Shown: positions 40,385 to 49,030 of the stretch, in pieces | How positions within the stretch are numbered: the first letter of the stretch is position 1 | How the letters are laid out: each line of letters begins with the position of its first letter | Assembly: GCA_963785725.1 (NCBI GenBank) | Contig: CAWAWS010000039.1 | Span: forward strand, 480,001-544,000 | Origin: an uncultured delta proteobacterium | GTDB lineage: Bacteria; Myxococcota_A; Polyangia; Palsa-1104 | DNA: 64,000 nt | Direction of reading: 5' to 3' | Program-made: the position numbers and the translations under genes | Notes under the pieces: generated by a model | Seen by the model: only the letters and a program-made list of their open reading frames with translations | The model's database searches: none | What the model was told of the DNA's origin: nothing

Positions 40385-41587
40385 TTACAGCTGCTTCATC
40401 TTCGCGTCGAGCCAGTCGAAGATGCGCTCGTGATAGAGCCCGCGATTGCCCATCGCGCAGTGCTCGCCGGCGCCCTCCTCGCGCGTCAACCGCAGGTACT
40501 GCTTGTCGCACGCGAGCCGCTCGTAAAACTCGCGCGCCTGCGCCGCGATGTCGTCGTCGGCCGCGTCGCACACCAGCGTCGGGCAGCGAATGTCGCCCAC
40601 GATCGCCGTCTGATCGTAGCGCGCGGCATCGACGATGTAATCCCACGGCGACGCCACGCCGTGCACGAGCATGCCGCGACGCAGCGCCCAGCCCGCCGTC
40701 GGACGCTTGGCCATGCGCGCAATCGCCGGTCGCAGTAAGCGCACGAGCCAGCGCGGTCCATGCGGCAGCTGCGCCTTCCACGACCGCGGCAGCGGCAGAC
40801 GCGACGAGATCGCGCGAAACAGCGCCAGCTGCGCCGGATCGAGAACGCACGCGGCGATGCGCGGGTCACGCGCCGCCGCGCCCGGCACGAGATAGCCGCC
40901 CCAGCTCTCGCCGATGACGACGATGCGGCGCGCGTCGACGTCGGGCCGCGCGGCGACGGCGTCGATGACCGCGGACAGCGCGCGATGCCAATCGGGCCGA
41001 AAGGCGACGACCTCGCGCCCGAACAGCAGCGCGCCTTGGCCCGGTCCGTCGAAGATGACGCAATGATAGCCGCGCGAATTGGCCGCCACCGCGTTGAAGA
41101 AGTAGGACTCCTCGGCCGTGCTGTCGTAACCGCCGACCGAGATCACGAGCGGCCGCCGCGTCTCGTCGACGGCGCAAAAGTAGCCGGGCAGCGTCTCGCC
41201 CGCGAAGTCGATCGCCAAGGGCTCGAGCGGCCGCGCCATCGACTGCGCCGCGAGCGCGAACGCCTGCCGATGCTGCCGATAGGCGACGCGCGCCAGCTCC
41301 GGCAGCGGCGCTTCCAAGTGAAAGACATAAGCCGTGCGGTAGTAGTTCGACGCGCGTAAATACGCGCGCTCCGCGCTCTTGCGATGGCCGGCGGCGGCGC
41401 TGGCGGCGGCGGCGGCGAACGTGCGATCGGCGAGCGCCATCCAGCCGCGATACCAGCTGTCGCGCGCGCCGTTTTCGATGGTGGCGGCCGCCGCCAAACA
41501 TTCGCCGATCTCGCTGCCGCCGTACGGCGCGTGGCCGATGGCGCGCAGCAGCTGCGCGTCGTAGAGCGCGTCCGCAAACGCGATCAC
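40385..41587 (-). CDS. Alpha/beta hydrolase (FrsA / DHPON-hydrolase-like)
   Basis: LRASNYYRTA, GGYDST.EE, DGPGQG, GESWGG, GEHC; GTGA overlap with marR. Confidence 0.85.
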   Translation of the reverse strand: MIAFADALYDAQLLRAIGHAPYGGSEIGECLAAAATIENGARDSWYRGWMALADRTFAAAAASAAAGHRKSAERAYLRASNYYRTAYVFHLEAPLPELARVAYRQHRQAFALAAQSMARPLEPLAIDFAGETLPGYFCAVDETRRPLVISVGGYDSTAEESYFFNAVAANSRGYHCVIFDGPGQGALLFGREVVAFRPDWHRALSAVIDAVAARPDVDARRIVVIGESWGGYLVPGAAARDPRIAACVLDPAQLALFRAISSRLPLPRSWKAQLPHGPRWLVRLLRPAIARMAKRPTAGWALRRGMLVHGVASPWDYIVDAARYDQTAIVGDIRCPTLVCDAADDDIAAQAREFYERLACDKQYLRLTREEGAGEHCAMGNRGLYHERIFDWLDAKMKQL

Positions 41588-42030
41588 GAGCGCGCCCCCA
41601 GGTTGGCGACGAACGCCGCCAGCTCGCGCAGCGCCCGCGTCGTCCGCACGAGCTCGGCCGCGCTCAACGGCAGCTGCGACGCCGCCAGCAGTCGTCGTTC
41701 GCGCGCGCGAATATCGGTCAAGAGTCGCTTGCCGAGCGGCGTCAGCGTCAACAGCGGCGAACGCAGATGGCGCGGATTGTCCGCTTCCTTCAGCCGCTCG
41801 AGCGCGATGAGCCGGTCGATCGTCCGCTGCATCGCCTGCCGCGTGATGCCGCGCGCCAACGCCAACGCCGGCACCGTCTGCGGCCCGAGCCGCTCGATCT
41901 CCTGCAGCACGCCACGCTCCGGCGCCGAGCAGTCGAGATCGGCCAAGAGCCGCTCGGACACGCCCCGCAGCGCGAAGAACGTCGTGCGCACCTCTTCCAC
42001 GAAGACGTCGAACAGCGTCGGATCGAGCAT
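41584..42030 (-). CDS. MarR family transcriptional regulator
   Basis: GPQTVPALA...ITRQ, NPRHLRS..LTLT..G. Confidence 0.88.
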   Translation of the reverse strand: MLDPTLFDVFVEEVRTTFFALRGVSERLLADLDCSAPERGVLQEIERLGPQTVPALALARGITRQAMQRTIDRLIALERLKEADNPRHLRSPLLTLTPLGKRLLTDIRARERRLLAASQLPLSAAELVRTTRALRELAAFVANLGARS

Positions 42031-42067
42031 GACAATGAGATTGGCATAATGACACCAATGTTGTCAA
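42030..42067 (-). promoter_or_regulatory. Leaderless marR promoter with two tandem TGACA-N7-TG(G/T)CA operators
   Basis: Minus strand TTGACA-N18-CAATCT-N7-ATG; palindromes at 42030-42046 and 42050-42066. Confidence 0.7.
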
Positions 42068-42097
42068 ATTTGGCTGATGATGAATGGCTGCGCTATC

Positions 42098-42490
42098 GTG
42101 GCTGGCGTGCCACGCAATCGCCGGACGGGTGAAGACAACCGCGACATCGAGGCCGCTTACAGCGACAGCTATCGGCGCATCGTCGCCGTCATTCGGCAGA
42201 TTCCGCGCGGCAAGGTGATGACCTACGGGCAAGTGGCGGAGGACGCGAACCTCGGGCGTGCGGCGCGGCTCGTCGGCTACGCGCTGCACGCGCTGTGGCG
42301 CTCGGTGCCGTGGCAGCGCGTGCTCGGCATGCGCGGTCGCGGCATCGCCCAGGTGTCGATCAAGGATCCGATATTCGGCACCGAGCAGCGTTTGCGCCTG
42401 GAAAAAGAGGGCGTTCGCTTCAGCACATCGGGCGGCGTCGACCTGTCCGAGTTCGGGTTCCGCCTGCCGAAAAAGCGCGTAAAACGTTAG
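42098..42490 (+). CDS. Alkyltransferase-like (ATL/YbaZ, MGMT family) DNA-binding protein
   Basis: IPRGKVMTYGQVA, ARLVG, PWQRV (Trp in place of catalytic Cys), L..EGV. Start codon uncertain. Confidence 0.85.
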   Translation: MAGVPRNRRTGEDNRDIEAAYSDSYRRIVAVIRQIPRGKVMTYGQVAEDANLGRAARLVGYALHALWRSVPWQRVLGMRGRGIAQVSIKDPIFGTEQRLRLEKEGVRFSTSGGVDLSEFGFRLPKKRVKR

Positions 42491-42912
42491 CGCGCGAGGC
42501 GTAAGAGCTTGCGCAGCGGGCTCGTCATCAGCTGCAGCGTCGCCGACGCGAGGTCGAAGTAGTCGCGCCAGAGCGTGATCTTGCCGTCGCGGACCTCGAA
42601 GGTGCCGCACACCCAGATCTCGAGGTGCGTGAGCGGGCCCGACAAGATGTCGACGCGTTCGGTGAGGACGATGCCGTCGCGCGCGGCGATGTTGCGCATG
42701 TGGACTTCGAAGCCGGTCAGAAAGCGGCCGAAGAACTGCAGCGTGCGCGCGACGGCCGGCTTGCCGCGATCGGCGGGGAAGGGCACGTTCTGGTAGACGA
42801 CGTCGTCGGCCATGAGGTCGAGCGCGCGGTCGAGCTCGTTGGCGGCGAATGCGGCGAAGAAGGCTTCGACGGTCGCCAGATCGGCGGCGTCGCGGTCGGC
42901 GCGGTTCGGCAT
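42487..42912 (-). CDS. Limonene-1,2-epoxide hydrolase family protein
   Basis: YQNVP, VLTERVD, GTFEVRDGKITLWRDYFD. Confidence 0.88.
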   Translation of the reverse strand: MPNRADRDAADLATVEAFFAAFAANELDRALDLMADDVVYQNVPFPADRGKPAVARTLQFFGRFLTGFEVHMRNIAARDGIVLTERVDILSGPLTHLEIWVCGTFEVRDGKITLWRDYFDLASATLQLMTSPLRKLLRLAR

Positions 42913-43044
42913 GGCGGCAGCGTAGCCCGGCGGCGGCGGGCGCGAAAGCCTACGGCAACACGCGATTGCGCCGCCGCCGGCGGCGACGGGCGCTGCGCGG
43001 CGCCAGCGCAACGCGGCCGTCACAAAGGCGCGGCGCGCGGCGAA

Positions 43045-43887
43045 TCAGGCGTGGCGCGTGATGCGCAGATCGGCGCGGCCCATGAAGAGCGGCGTGTCGA
43101 TGGCCGGCGCCAGCCACTCGTGCGTCACGCGATAGGGCAGCGTCTGCAGCCAGTCTTCGATGAGCTGCATCGACAGCGGCAGGCAATAACCGGCGGGCAA
43201 GCCCGGCATCGCGAACTCGGGGCCGCGCCGCTCGCCGCCGGGCAGGCGCTGCTGACGAAAGACGGCGAGCTGCACGCGCAGTCGCCAGCCGACCGAGCGC
43301 CACGAGCGCCAGCCGGCGGCGGCCCAGCCGAGCTGACCCAAGATCTGCGTGACGCGCGTCGTGCCCGAGAGCCAGCGGCGATTTTCGGCGACCGCTTCGG
43401 CGACGGGCAAGTTGCCGACGAGCGCGACGCCGCCGACGGCGAGGTGCTTGACGATCTGCGCCAGCACGGCGCGCCCTTCGCCGGCGCTGCGCACGTAGTG
43501 AAACGCCGCGTACATGAGCGCGCGATCGAAGCGCGTGTCGGCGCCGAGGAGCGCGTCGGCGTCGGCGACGTCACCGACGAGCGCCTCGGCGTGCGCGATC
43601 GCGTCGGCGGCGAGGCGGCGGCGCAAGACGTCGATCGGCTTGGCGGCGATGTCGACGCCGACGAAGCGCCGCACGCGCCGCGCGATCGGCAGCGCCAAGA
43701 CGCCGACGCCGCAGCCGTATTCGATGACGCTCAGCGCCGGCGCCAGCTGCAGCTTGGAGACGACGTCGTCGACCATGCGCGCGAGCTGCCGCGCCGTCGT
43801 GCCCGTCGGCCGCGTCGAGGCTTCGGCGTCGCTGATCGACTCCGCGACATCGTCGTGAATTCTGCGCACGAGCTCGTGGTCGGCCAT
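43045..43887 (-). CDS. Class I SAM-dependent methyltransferase
   Basis: IEYGCGVG, GVDI, L..GG. Confidence 0.78.
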   Translation of the reverse strand: MADHELVRRIHDDVAESISDAEASTRPTGTTARQLARMVDDVVSKLQLAPALSVIEYGCGVGVLALPIARRVRRFVGVDIAAKPIDVLRRRLAADAIAHAEALVGDVADADALLGADTRFDRALMYAAFHYVRSAGEGRAVLAQIVKHLAVGGVALVGNLPVAEAVAENRRWLSGTTRVTQILGQLGWAAAGWRSWRSVGWRLRVQLAVFRQQRLPGGERRGPEFAMPGLPAGYCLPLSMQLIEDWLQTLPYRVTHEWLAPAIDTPLFMGRADLRITRHA

Positions 43888-43983
43888 CGTCTCGGTCTCG
43901 ATCTACGGCGAACGTATCAGGCCCGCCGACGAGCGCAAGCGCCGGGTTGGGAGTAAGCTCATCGTCCCTTGCAGGAGGCTCCC

Positions 43984-44490
43984 ATGACCTTGTACGACTT
44001 CGTTCCGCAGTACTCCAAGATGCTCAAGAACATCGATCGCTGGCTGGACAAGGCGACCGAGCACGCGGCGGCCAAGAAGTTCGACGTCGAGACGCTCGTG
44101 CACGCGCGACTGGCACCGGATCAGTATTCGCTCGACAAGCAGATCCAGTCGGCCTGTGACTCGGCCAAGTTTTCGGTGGCCTATTTGACGGGCAAAGATG
44201 CGCCGGTACATCCCGACACCGAGAAGACGATCGCCGAGCTGCGCGCGCGCATCCAGTCCTGTCGCGCCTTCTTGGAGACGGTCAAGCCGGCCGACTTCGT
44301 CGGCGCCGAGACGCGCAAGGTGTCGCCGAAGTGGATGCAGGGCAAGTGGGTCACCGGCGAGCATCACCTCTTGCAGATGGCGCTGCCGAACTTCTACTTT
44401 CACGTGACGACCGCTTACGCCATCTTGCGCCACAACGGCGTCGACGTCGGCAAGCAAGACTTCATCGGCGGCCTGCCGCTCGAAGGCTGA
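43984..44490 (+). CDS. DUF1993 family protein
   Basis: ARLAPDQY, LPNFYFHVTTAYAILRHNGV.VGK.DF; AGGAGG RBS. Confidence 0.92.
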   Translation: MTLYDFVPQYSKMLKNIDRWLDKATEHAAAKKFDVETLVHARLAPDQYSLDKQIQSACDSAKFSVAYLTGKDAPVHPDTEKTIAELRARIQSCRAFLETVKPADFVGAETRKVSPKWMQGKWVTGEHHLLQMALPNFYFHVTTAYAILRHNGVDVGKQDFIGGLPLEG

Positions 44491-44498
44491 TTCGCGCG

Positions 44499-44813
44499 CT
44501 ACTTACGCCCGAGGCGTTTGAAGACGTCCTCGGGCGCCGGGTGCAACAGGCCCGCGCCCGCCTCCACGTCCATCGGAATTCGTTGCAGCTCGTCGCAGAT
44601 GAAGTCGGCGTCGGCGATGGCGCGCGCGCGCAGCTCCTTGGCCAGCAGCTTCGCCGCGACGACGCGAAACTGCCGTCCCGTCAGCGTCTCGAGGTCGAGG
44701 CCGGCGTTGCCGAGCACGAGCCGGAGCGTGCCGCGCGCTTGCAAGCGGCTCATCGTCGTCGACTTCTCCAGCTCCGCGCACGCCCATTCGAACACCGTCG
44801 AGCCGCCGGCCAT
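44499..44813 (-). CDS. Small helical cytoplasmic protein, partner of the upstream 7TM protein
   Basis: MAGGSTVFEWACAELEK...PEDVFKRLG; starts 2 nt after the 7TM stop with GGAG RBS. Confidence 0.7.
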   Translation of the reverse strand: MAGGSTVFEWACAELEKSTTMSRLQARGTLRLVLGNAGLDLETLTGRQFRVVAAKLLAKELRARAIADADFICDELQRIPMDVEAGAGLLHPAPEDVFKRLGRK

Positions 44814-44815
44814 GG

Positions 44816-45577
44816 CTACTCCGCCACCTGCGGCGCGCGCCGCGCGATCCAGTCGGTGTAGGCGCGCGGCGGCACGAACGCCAATAAGCTGCAGATCGCC
44901 GAGGGCACCGCCAAGAGCTCGCTCACCGTCGCCATCGTCAGCGGATGCGTCGCCCAAGTGCCGAGCAAGCTGGCGGTGTTCACGACGAAGCACAAGAGCA
45001 CGATGAACGCGCTCGCCGAGAACATGAGGAACATGCGATTGGCCGTCTGCGCGTCGACGAGACCGAGCGGCAGCTGGCGCGCAAGCTTGCGCGACGACTC
45101 GAGGCTCACCGCCATCAGCCACGTCCAGGCGAAGCTGCGACTGACGGCGCCCGGCCAAAACCAGAACGTGTCGGGCGGCGGCGCGAACAGCCGCGTCATG
45201 AGCCCGTTGTGCACGAAGTCCGCCAGCAGCGTCACCAGCAGCAGCGTAAACGGCGCGACGAGCCAGCGCGTGCGCGGCGAGAAGACGCGCCAGGCGAAGA
45301 GCGCGACGGCGGCGTGACCGACGTTGAGACAGCCGATGCCGCAGACCATGAGCACGGAAGCGAGGGCGTGAGAGCTGTAACGATCGACGAGCGACGCGAA
45401 GATCAGCATCGCCCAGCCGAGCGCGCCGGCGAGCAAGTGCGCGAGGCCGAGGCAGAGCTCGGGCAGCTCGTGCGTGCGCCGCGCGAGCAAGAGCAGGCGA
45501 ACGCCGGTGATGCTGTTGAGCGCCATGAACAGCAGCACCGCCACCGCCGCCGCCGCCATCGCTACACCGCCGCTCAC
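44816..45577 (-). CDS. Stand-alone 7TM membrane protein
   Basis: Seven hydrophobic segments and an amphipathic tail PPRAYTDWIARR; TACGCT-N6-GTG. Confidence 0.72.
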   Translation of the reverse strand: MSGGVAMAAAAVAVLLFMALNSITGVRLLLLARRTHELPELCLGLAHLLAGALGWAMLIFASLVDRYSSHALASVLMVCGIGCLNVGHAAVALFAWRVFSPRTRWLVAPFTLLLVTLLADFVHNGLMTRLFAPPPDTFWFWPGAVSRSFAWTWLMAVSLESSRKLARQLPLGLVDAQTANRMFLMFSASAFIVLLCFVVNTASLLGTWATHPLTMATVSELLAVPSAICSLLAFVPPRAYTDWIARRAPQVAE

Positions 45578-45670
45578 GAGATCAGCGTATCACAGCGCGG
45601 GTCGTCTACCGGCGTTTCCCATTGCGGTCAATCGTCATCAAAAGCTGTAACGAGTTTGCAACGCGGCGCG

Positions 45671-46177
45671 CTATTGGAACGTCCAGCGGAAGTCGAGCGC
45701 CGGGCACGGATGGCCCGACTGCGGCCGCTGCTCGACGGTGACGGCGTGCGTGCCGGCGCCGACGGCGACGTCGAAGCGGCCGCTGAACGTCGACACCGTC
45801 AAGGTCACGTTGCCGCGCCCGACCTCGGTCGTCACCTGCGGCGCGTCGACCGTTTGCATGGCGTGACGCGCGCCGCCGTCGTCGACGAGCGTGTACGCGT
45901 AGCTGCCGGCTTGGCCGCACTCGCCGACGTCGGCCAGCTTGATGCGCACGCCGAGCGACGTCGCCGTCCAGCCTTGCAGCGTCATTTGGAAGCGATGATC
46001 CTCTTTGTACGGCCCGATGTCGTACTCCTGCGTCGACTCGAGCTTGTCGGCGCTCTTGGCCGGATTGGGCATCGTGCCGGCGACGAGCGTCGGCGCGCAG
46101 CCGCCGGCCACACCAAGCGTTGCGAGGGCGCAGCCAAAGACGAAGCCAGAGACTAGGCGAGGAGGGAGCGTCAGCAT
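45671..46177 (-). CDS. Lipoprotein, hypothetical
   Basis: AGGC lipobox; TATGCT-N6-ATG. Confidence 0.65.
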   Translation of the reverse strand: MLTLPPRLVSGFVFGCALATLGVAGGCAPTLVAGTMPNPAKSADKLESTQEYDIGPYKEDHRFQMTLQGWTATSLGVRIKLADVGECGQAGSYAYTLVDDGGARHAMQTVDAPQVTTEVGRGNVTLTVSTFSGRFDVAVGAGTHAVTVEQRPQSGHPCPALDFRWTFQ

Positions 46178-46284
46178 GGGCGCAGCATAAACGCGACCGC
46201 CGGCCCAGCGCTACTGCCGACGGCCACCGTCGCGGCGCGTTCGCCGCTGGACAGCGCCGCGGCTTCACGCGAAGGTGGAGCCAG

Positions 46285-46635
46285 ATGCGCTTCGCCGTCG
46301 TTCTCGTGCTCGCCTCCGGCTGCTCGTTTTTCGGCGGCGGCATGAATGGTCCCACCACGCAGAACGCATCGATGGAGAAGGAGCAGCTCGAGCACCTCGA
46401 CGTCACGCTCGTGAGCCGCTGCGAAAAGCCGACGCGCGTCTGCTACAGCGGCGACAAGTGCCTCACGCTCCAGCGCGGCAAGCCGAAGCACGTGCACGCG
46501 TCGACGGGCGGCACCGGCGAGGTCTACGTCAACTTGGAGGGCTCGAGCACCAACGTCTCCGCCGACGTGACCTTCAACATCGTCGAGGTCGACGAGAGCT
46601 GCAGCAAGCTCGGCCGCAAAATCGCTCGAAATTGA
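46285..46635 (+). CDS. Small lipoprotein, hypothetical
   Basis: ASGC lipobox; GGAG RBS. Confidence 0.65.
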   Translation: MRFAVVLVLASGCSFFGGGMNGPTTQNASMEKEQLEHLDVTLVSRCEKPTRVCYSGDKCLTLQRGKPKHVHASTGGTGEVYVNLEGSSTNVSADVTFNIVEVDESCSKLGRKIARN

Positions 46636-46682
46636 CGTACCAAATCAGGCATGATGCCGCCAACCTCGGAGGCTCACGTCGC

Positions 46683-47219
46683 ATGACGATCAAGTATGGG
46701 CTGGCGCTCGTTGGAATGGGTCTCGTAGGCATCGTGGCCGGTCGCGCGGCGCGCGCGCAGCAGCCGAAGCCGGCGGCGGCAGCGCCGGCCGCGGCGAGCT
46801 GCAAAGTGTTCGGCGCCGGCAGCTGCTGTGATCCGGCGGTCGCGGCGCACCTGTCGAAGCAGTCGATCTTCTCGTCTTGCGGCGAGTCGGAGGCGACGTT
46901 CCTCGGCGAGCAGGGCAAGAAGGACACCTGCAAATACTTCTTCAAGGTCGAAGGGCAAAAAGACGCCGAGATGTTCGTCGAGGTCTACGCGCCCGCGGCC
47001 AAGGAAGTGCCCGAGTCGCCGACCGATCCGTTCTTCAAGTGGGGCCAAGTCGGCAAGGTCTTCTACACCGACAAGGCGCTGTCGCCGAAGTCGGCGCCGA
47101 TGATCGCGAACTCGACCGGCTTGTGGCTGCCGGGCAAGGGCTACTTCGTGGCCGTCAACGCGTCGACGAAGGTGTGCACCAAGCCGCAAGCGAAGCGCCT
47201 CGCGACGTACATGAAGTAG
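46683..47219 (+). CDS. Secreted Cys-containing hypothetical protein
   Basis: Signal peptide ARA-Q; GGAGG RBS. Confidence 0.65.
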   Translation: MTIKYGLALVGMGLVGIVAGRAARAQQPKPAAAAPAAASCKVFGAGSCCDPAVAAHLSKQSIFSSCGESEATFLGEQGKKDTCKYFFKVEGQKDAEMFVEVYAPAAKEVPESPTDPFFKWGQVGKVFYTDKALSPKSAPMIANSTGLWLPGKGYFVAVNASTKVCTKPQAKRLATYMK

Positions 47220-47261
47220 CTGCGTCCGCAGCTCCGCCTTTTCCTCTCGATCTAGGTGAAG

Positions 47262-48539
47262 CTAAGTGGTTTGCGGTTGCGCCAGCGGACGCGCGATCGC
47301 CAGCCCGACGTCACGTAGCGCGCGCGGCGCGCGGACGAGGCCGACCGACAGGAGCGGCAGGAAAATCAGGCCCCAGTAAGCGTTGAACGACTGGCCGACG
47401 ACGCCGAAGACGCACAAGAAGCCGAGCAGCGTCAGCCCCATGCGCGCCGCGCCCGGCTCGCGCCAGTCGCCGTAGCCGAAGACGGCCAGCGGCAGCGCCA
47501 GCGCCGTCACCAGCGGCGGCACGAAGAAGAAGGCGAAGCTGAAGCGGCTGATCTGCGTCAGAAAGCGCGGGCCGCCGAAGCCGATCCAGGTGCGCGGCGT
47601 GCCCAAGAAGTCGGCCGGGATGAGGTGGTGCGCGATGGTGAGCGCGTGCAGCGACATGAGCGCGGCGTAGATCGTGAGCGCGACCGTCCACAGCTTGACC
47701 TCGCGCCAGCGCCGCTCGCGCACGGCGAAGAGCAGCGCCACCGCGCACGGCAGGAGCGCGAACTCGCGGAACGCCAGCGCCGCCAGCAGCGCCGCGGCGC
47801 CGAGCTGCCAACGTCCGAGCGCGTACAGCGAGAGCGCGAGCACGATGAGGCTGCCCGCCCACGCCTCCTGAAAGTAGAAACAGCTGCAGGCGAACGCCAA
47901 CGCGCCCGCGTGCAAGACCACGACGGCCAGTGCCGGCCAAAGGCCCCACGCCGCGCTCAGCCAGCGCACGGTCAGCGCCAGCGTCGCCAGCATCAAGAGC
48001 GCGAGCAGCGGCGTCGGCCAGCTGCGCGGCAGCTGCGCGAGCACGAAGGCGTAGGTCGGCTGGCGCCAGTTGAACATCGGACGCGTCGGATATTTGCGCG
48101 CGCGCAGCTCGGTGCCGACGGCGTCGTAATAGTGCTCGCCGGCGCGCACGCGCTCGACGATCGCCTTGTACAGCTCGGAGTCGCGCTGCTCTTTCGGCGC
48201 CGCCTTCAACGTCGCCGGGCCGTGCAAGCTGCTCAGCCAGCCGAAGCAGGCCATCAGCGCCACGAGCGTCGCCAACAACAGCGCCGCCGCGCGCCGCGAC
48301 AGGCCGCGATAGCGCGAGCTCGGCAGCGTCGGCGGCGCGCGCTCGATGAGGGTGTAATTCACGGCCTCGGCATCGTCGTCGGCTGGGCTCGGTCCATCGT
48401 CGCTGTCGGACTGCTCGTCGGCGAGATCGACCATCAGCGGCGTATCGTCGGGACGCGGCGCGCGCGTGCTGCGCACCTGAAACGCGTAGGTGGCCGAGTG
48501 CAACCCGATCGGCTGACGATGTTCGGAGGGTCGTGACAC
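47262..48539 (-). CDS. Polytopic membrane protein, GT-C glycosyltransferase-like
   Basis: About 10 TM helices, D..LY...GE.YY loop, FNWRQP; sigma54-like motif at 48553-48566. Confidence 0.55.
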   Translation of the reverse strand: MSRPSEHRQPIGLHSATYAFQVRSTRAPRPDDTPLMVDLADEQSDSDDGPSPADDDAEAVNYTLIERAPPTLPSSRYRGLSRRAAALLLATLVALMACFGWLSSLHGPATLKAAPKEQRDSELYKAIVERVRAGEHYYDAVGTELRARKYPTRPMFNWRQPTYAFVLAQLPRSWPTPLLALLMLATLALTVRWLSAAWGLWPALAVVVLHAGALAFACSCFYFQEAWAGSLIVLALSLYALGRWQLGAAALLAALAFREFALLPCAVALLFAVRERRWREVKLWTVALTIYAALMSLHALTIAHHLIPADFLGTPRTWIGFGGPRFLTQISRFSFAFFFVPPLVTALALPLAVFGYGDWREPGAARMGLTLLGFLCVFGVVGQSFNAYWGLIFLPLLSVGLVRAPRALRDVGLAIARPLAQPQTT

Positions 48540-48987
48540 GCGCCTCGGTTGAGCAAGCGATATGCCGCCAATAACGCCTAGTGTGCCAATGGTTTACGAC
48601 GAATGGGGAGGCTGTCAGCCCCAGGCCTAGTGGGAGTCGAGCGACCGCGGGAAAGGGACGATAAGTGGGCACCTGTGGGCGCGCCGAAGTGGTGCCGCGC
48701 GCCCGCCGCGCGCTCACGCTGGCCAGCGCGCCGCGGTCGCACGATACGGCGTATCGCGGGCGAGACGCTGTATCGGACGGCTGCAACCCGCTTCGCGCAG
48801 GTCGCCCGCGCACTGCTCGCCCGTGATCGGCGGCGCATTTCCCGTCGCTGCGGTAGCGAGGACGCGCAATGATGATGGCCGTACGCAAAGCGGTCGACAG
48901 GCGGCGCTGGTGGCAAATTCCCCAGCGTGTCACCCGATGATTTACAGCCGCAAGCGACGGCGCCGCGAACGACGCCCGCTTTGACGC

Positions 48988-49003
48988 CGGTACGGTCCTT
49001 GCG
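48988..49003 (+). promoter_or_regulatory. sigma54-like promoter of the fascin-GH18 gene
   Basis: CGGTACGgtccTTGCG (GG-N10-GC). Confidence 0.6.
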
Positions 49004-49030
49004 ATGCGCCTTCGGCCGAGGAGATCGCCG

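Noticed and set aside
40385..42610. 741-aa ORF suggesting a large fusion
   Set aside because: Only the part from GTG 41587 is hydrolase-like; the upstream part overlaps marR and the ATL gene in other frames. The same applies to the extended starts of 4574, 12760, 19587, 26627, 49774 and 58896.
48578..48632. Two CTAG sites and a short hairpin, possible second MITE
   Set aside because: No terminal inverted repeats and no similarity to the 38459 element.
48850..48960. ACGCAAAGC resembling part of a c-di-GMP-I riboswitch upstream of a chitinase
   Set aside because: The GGCAAACC...GAAA stem is missing and the sigma54-like promoter lies downstream of it.
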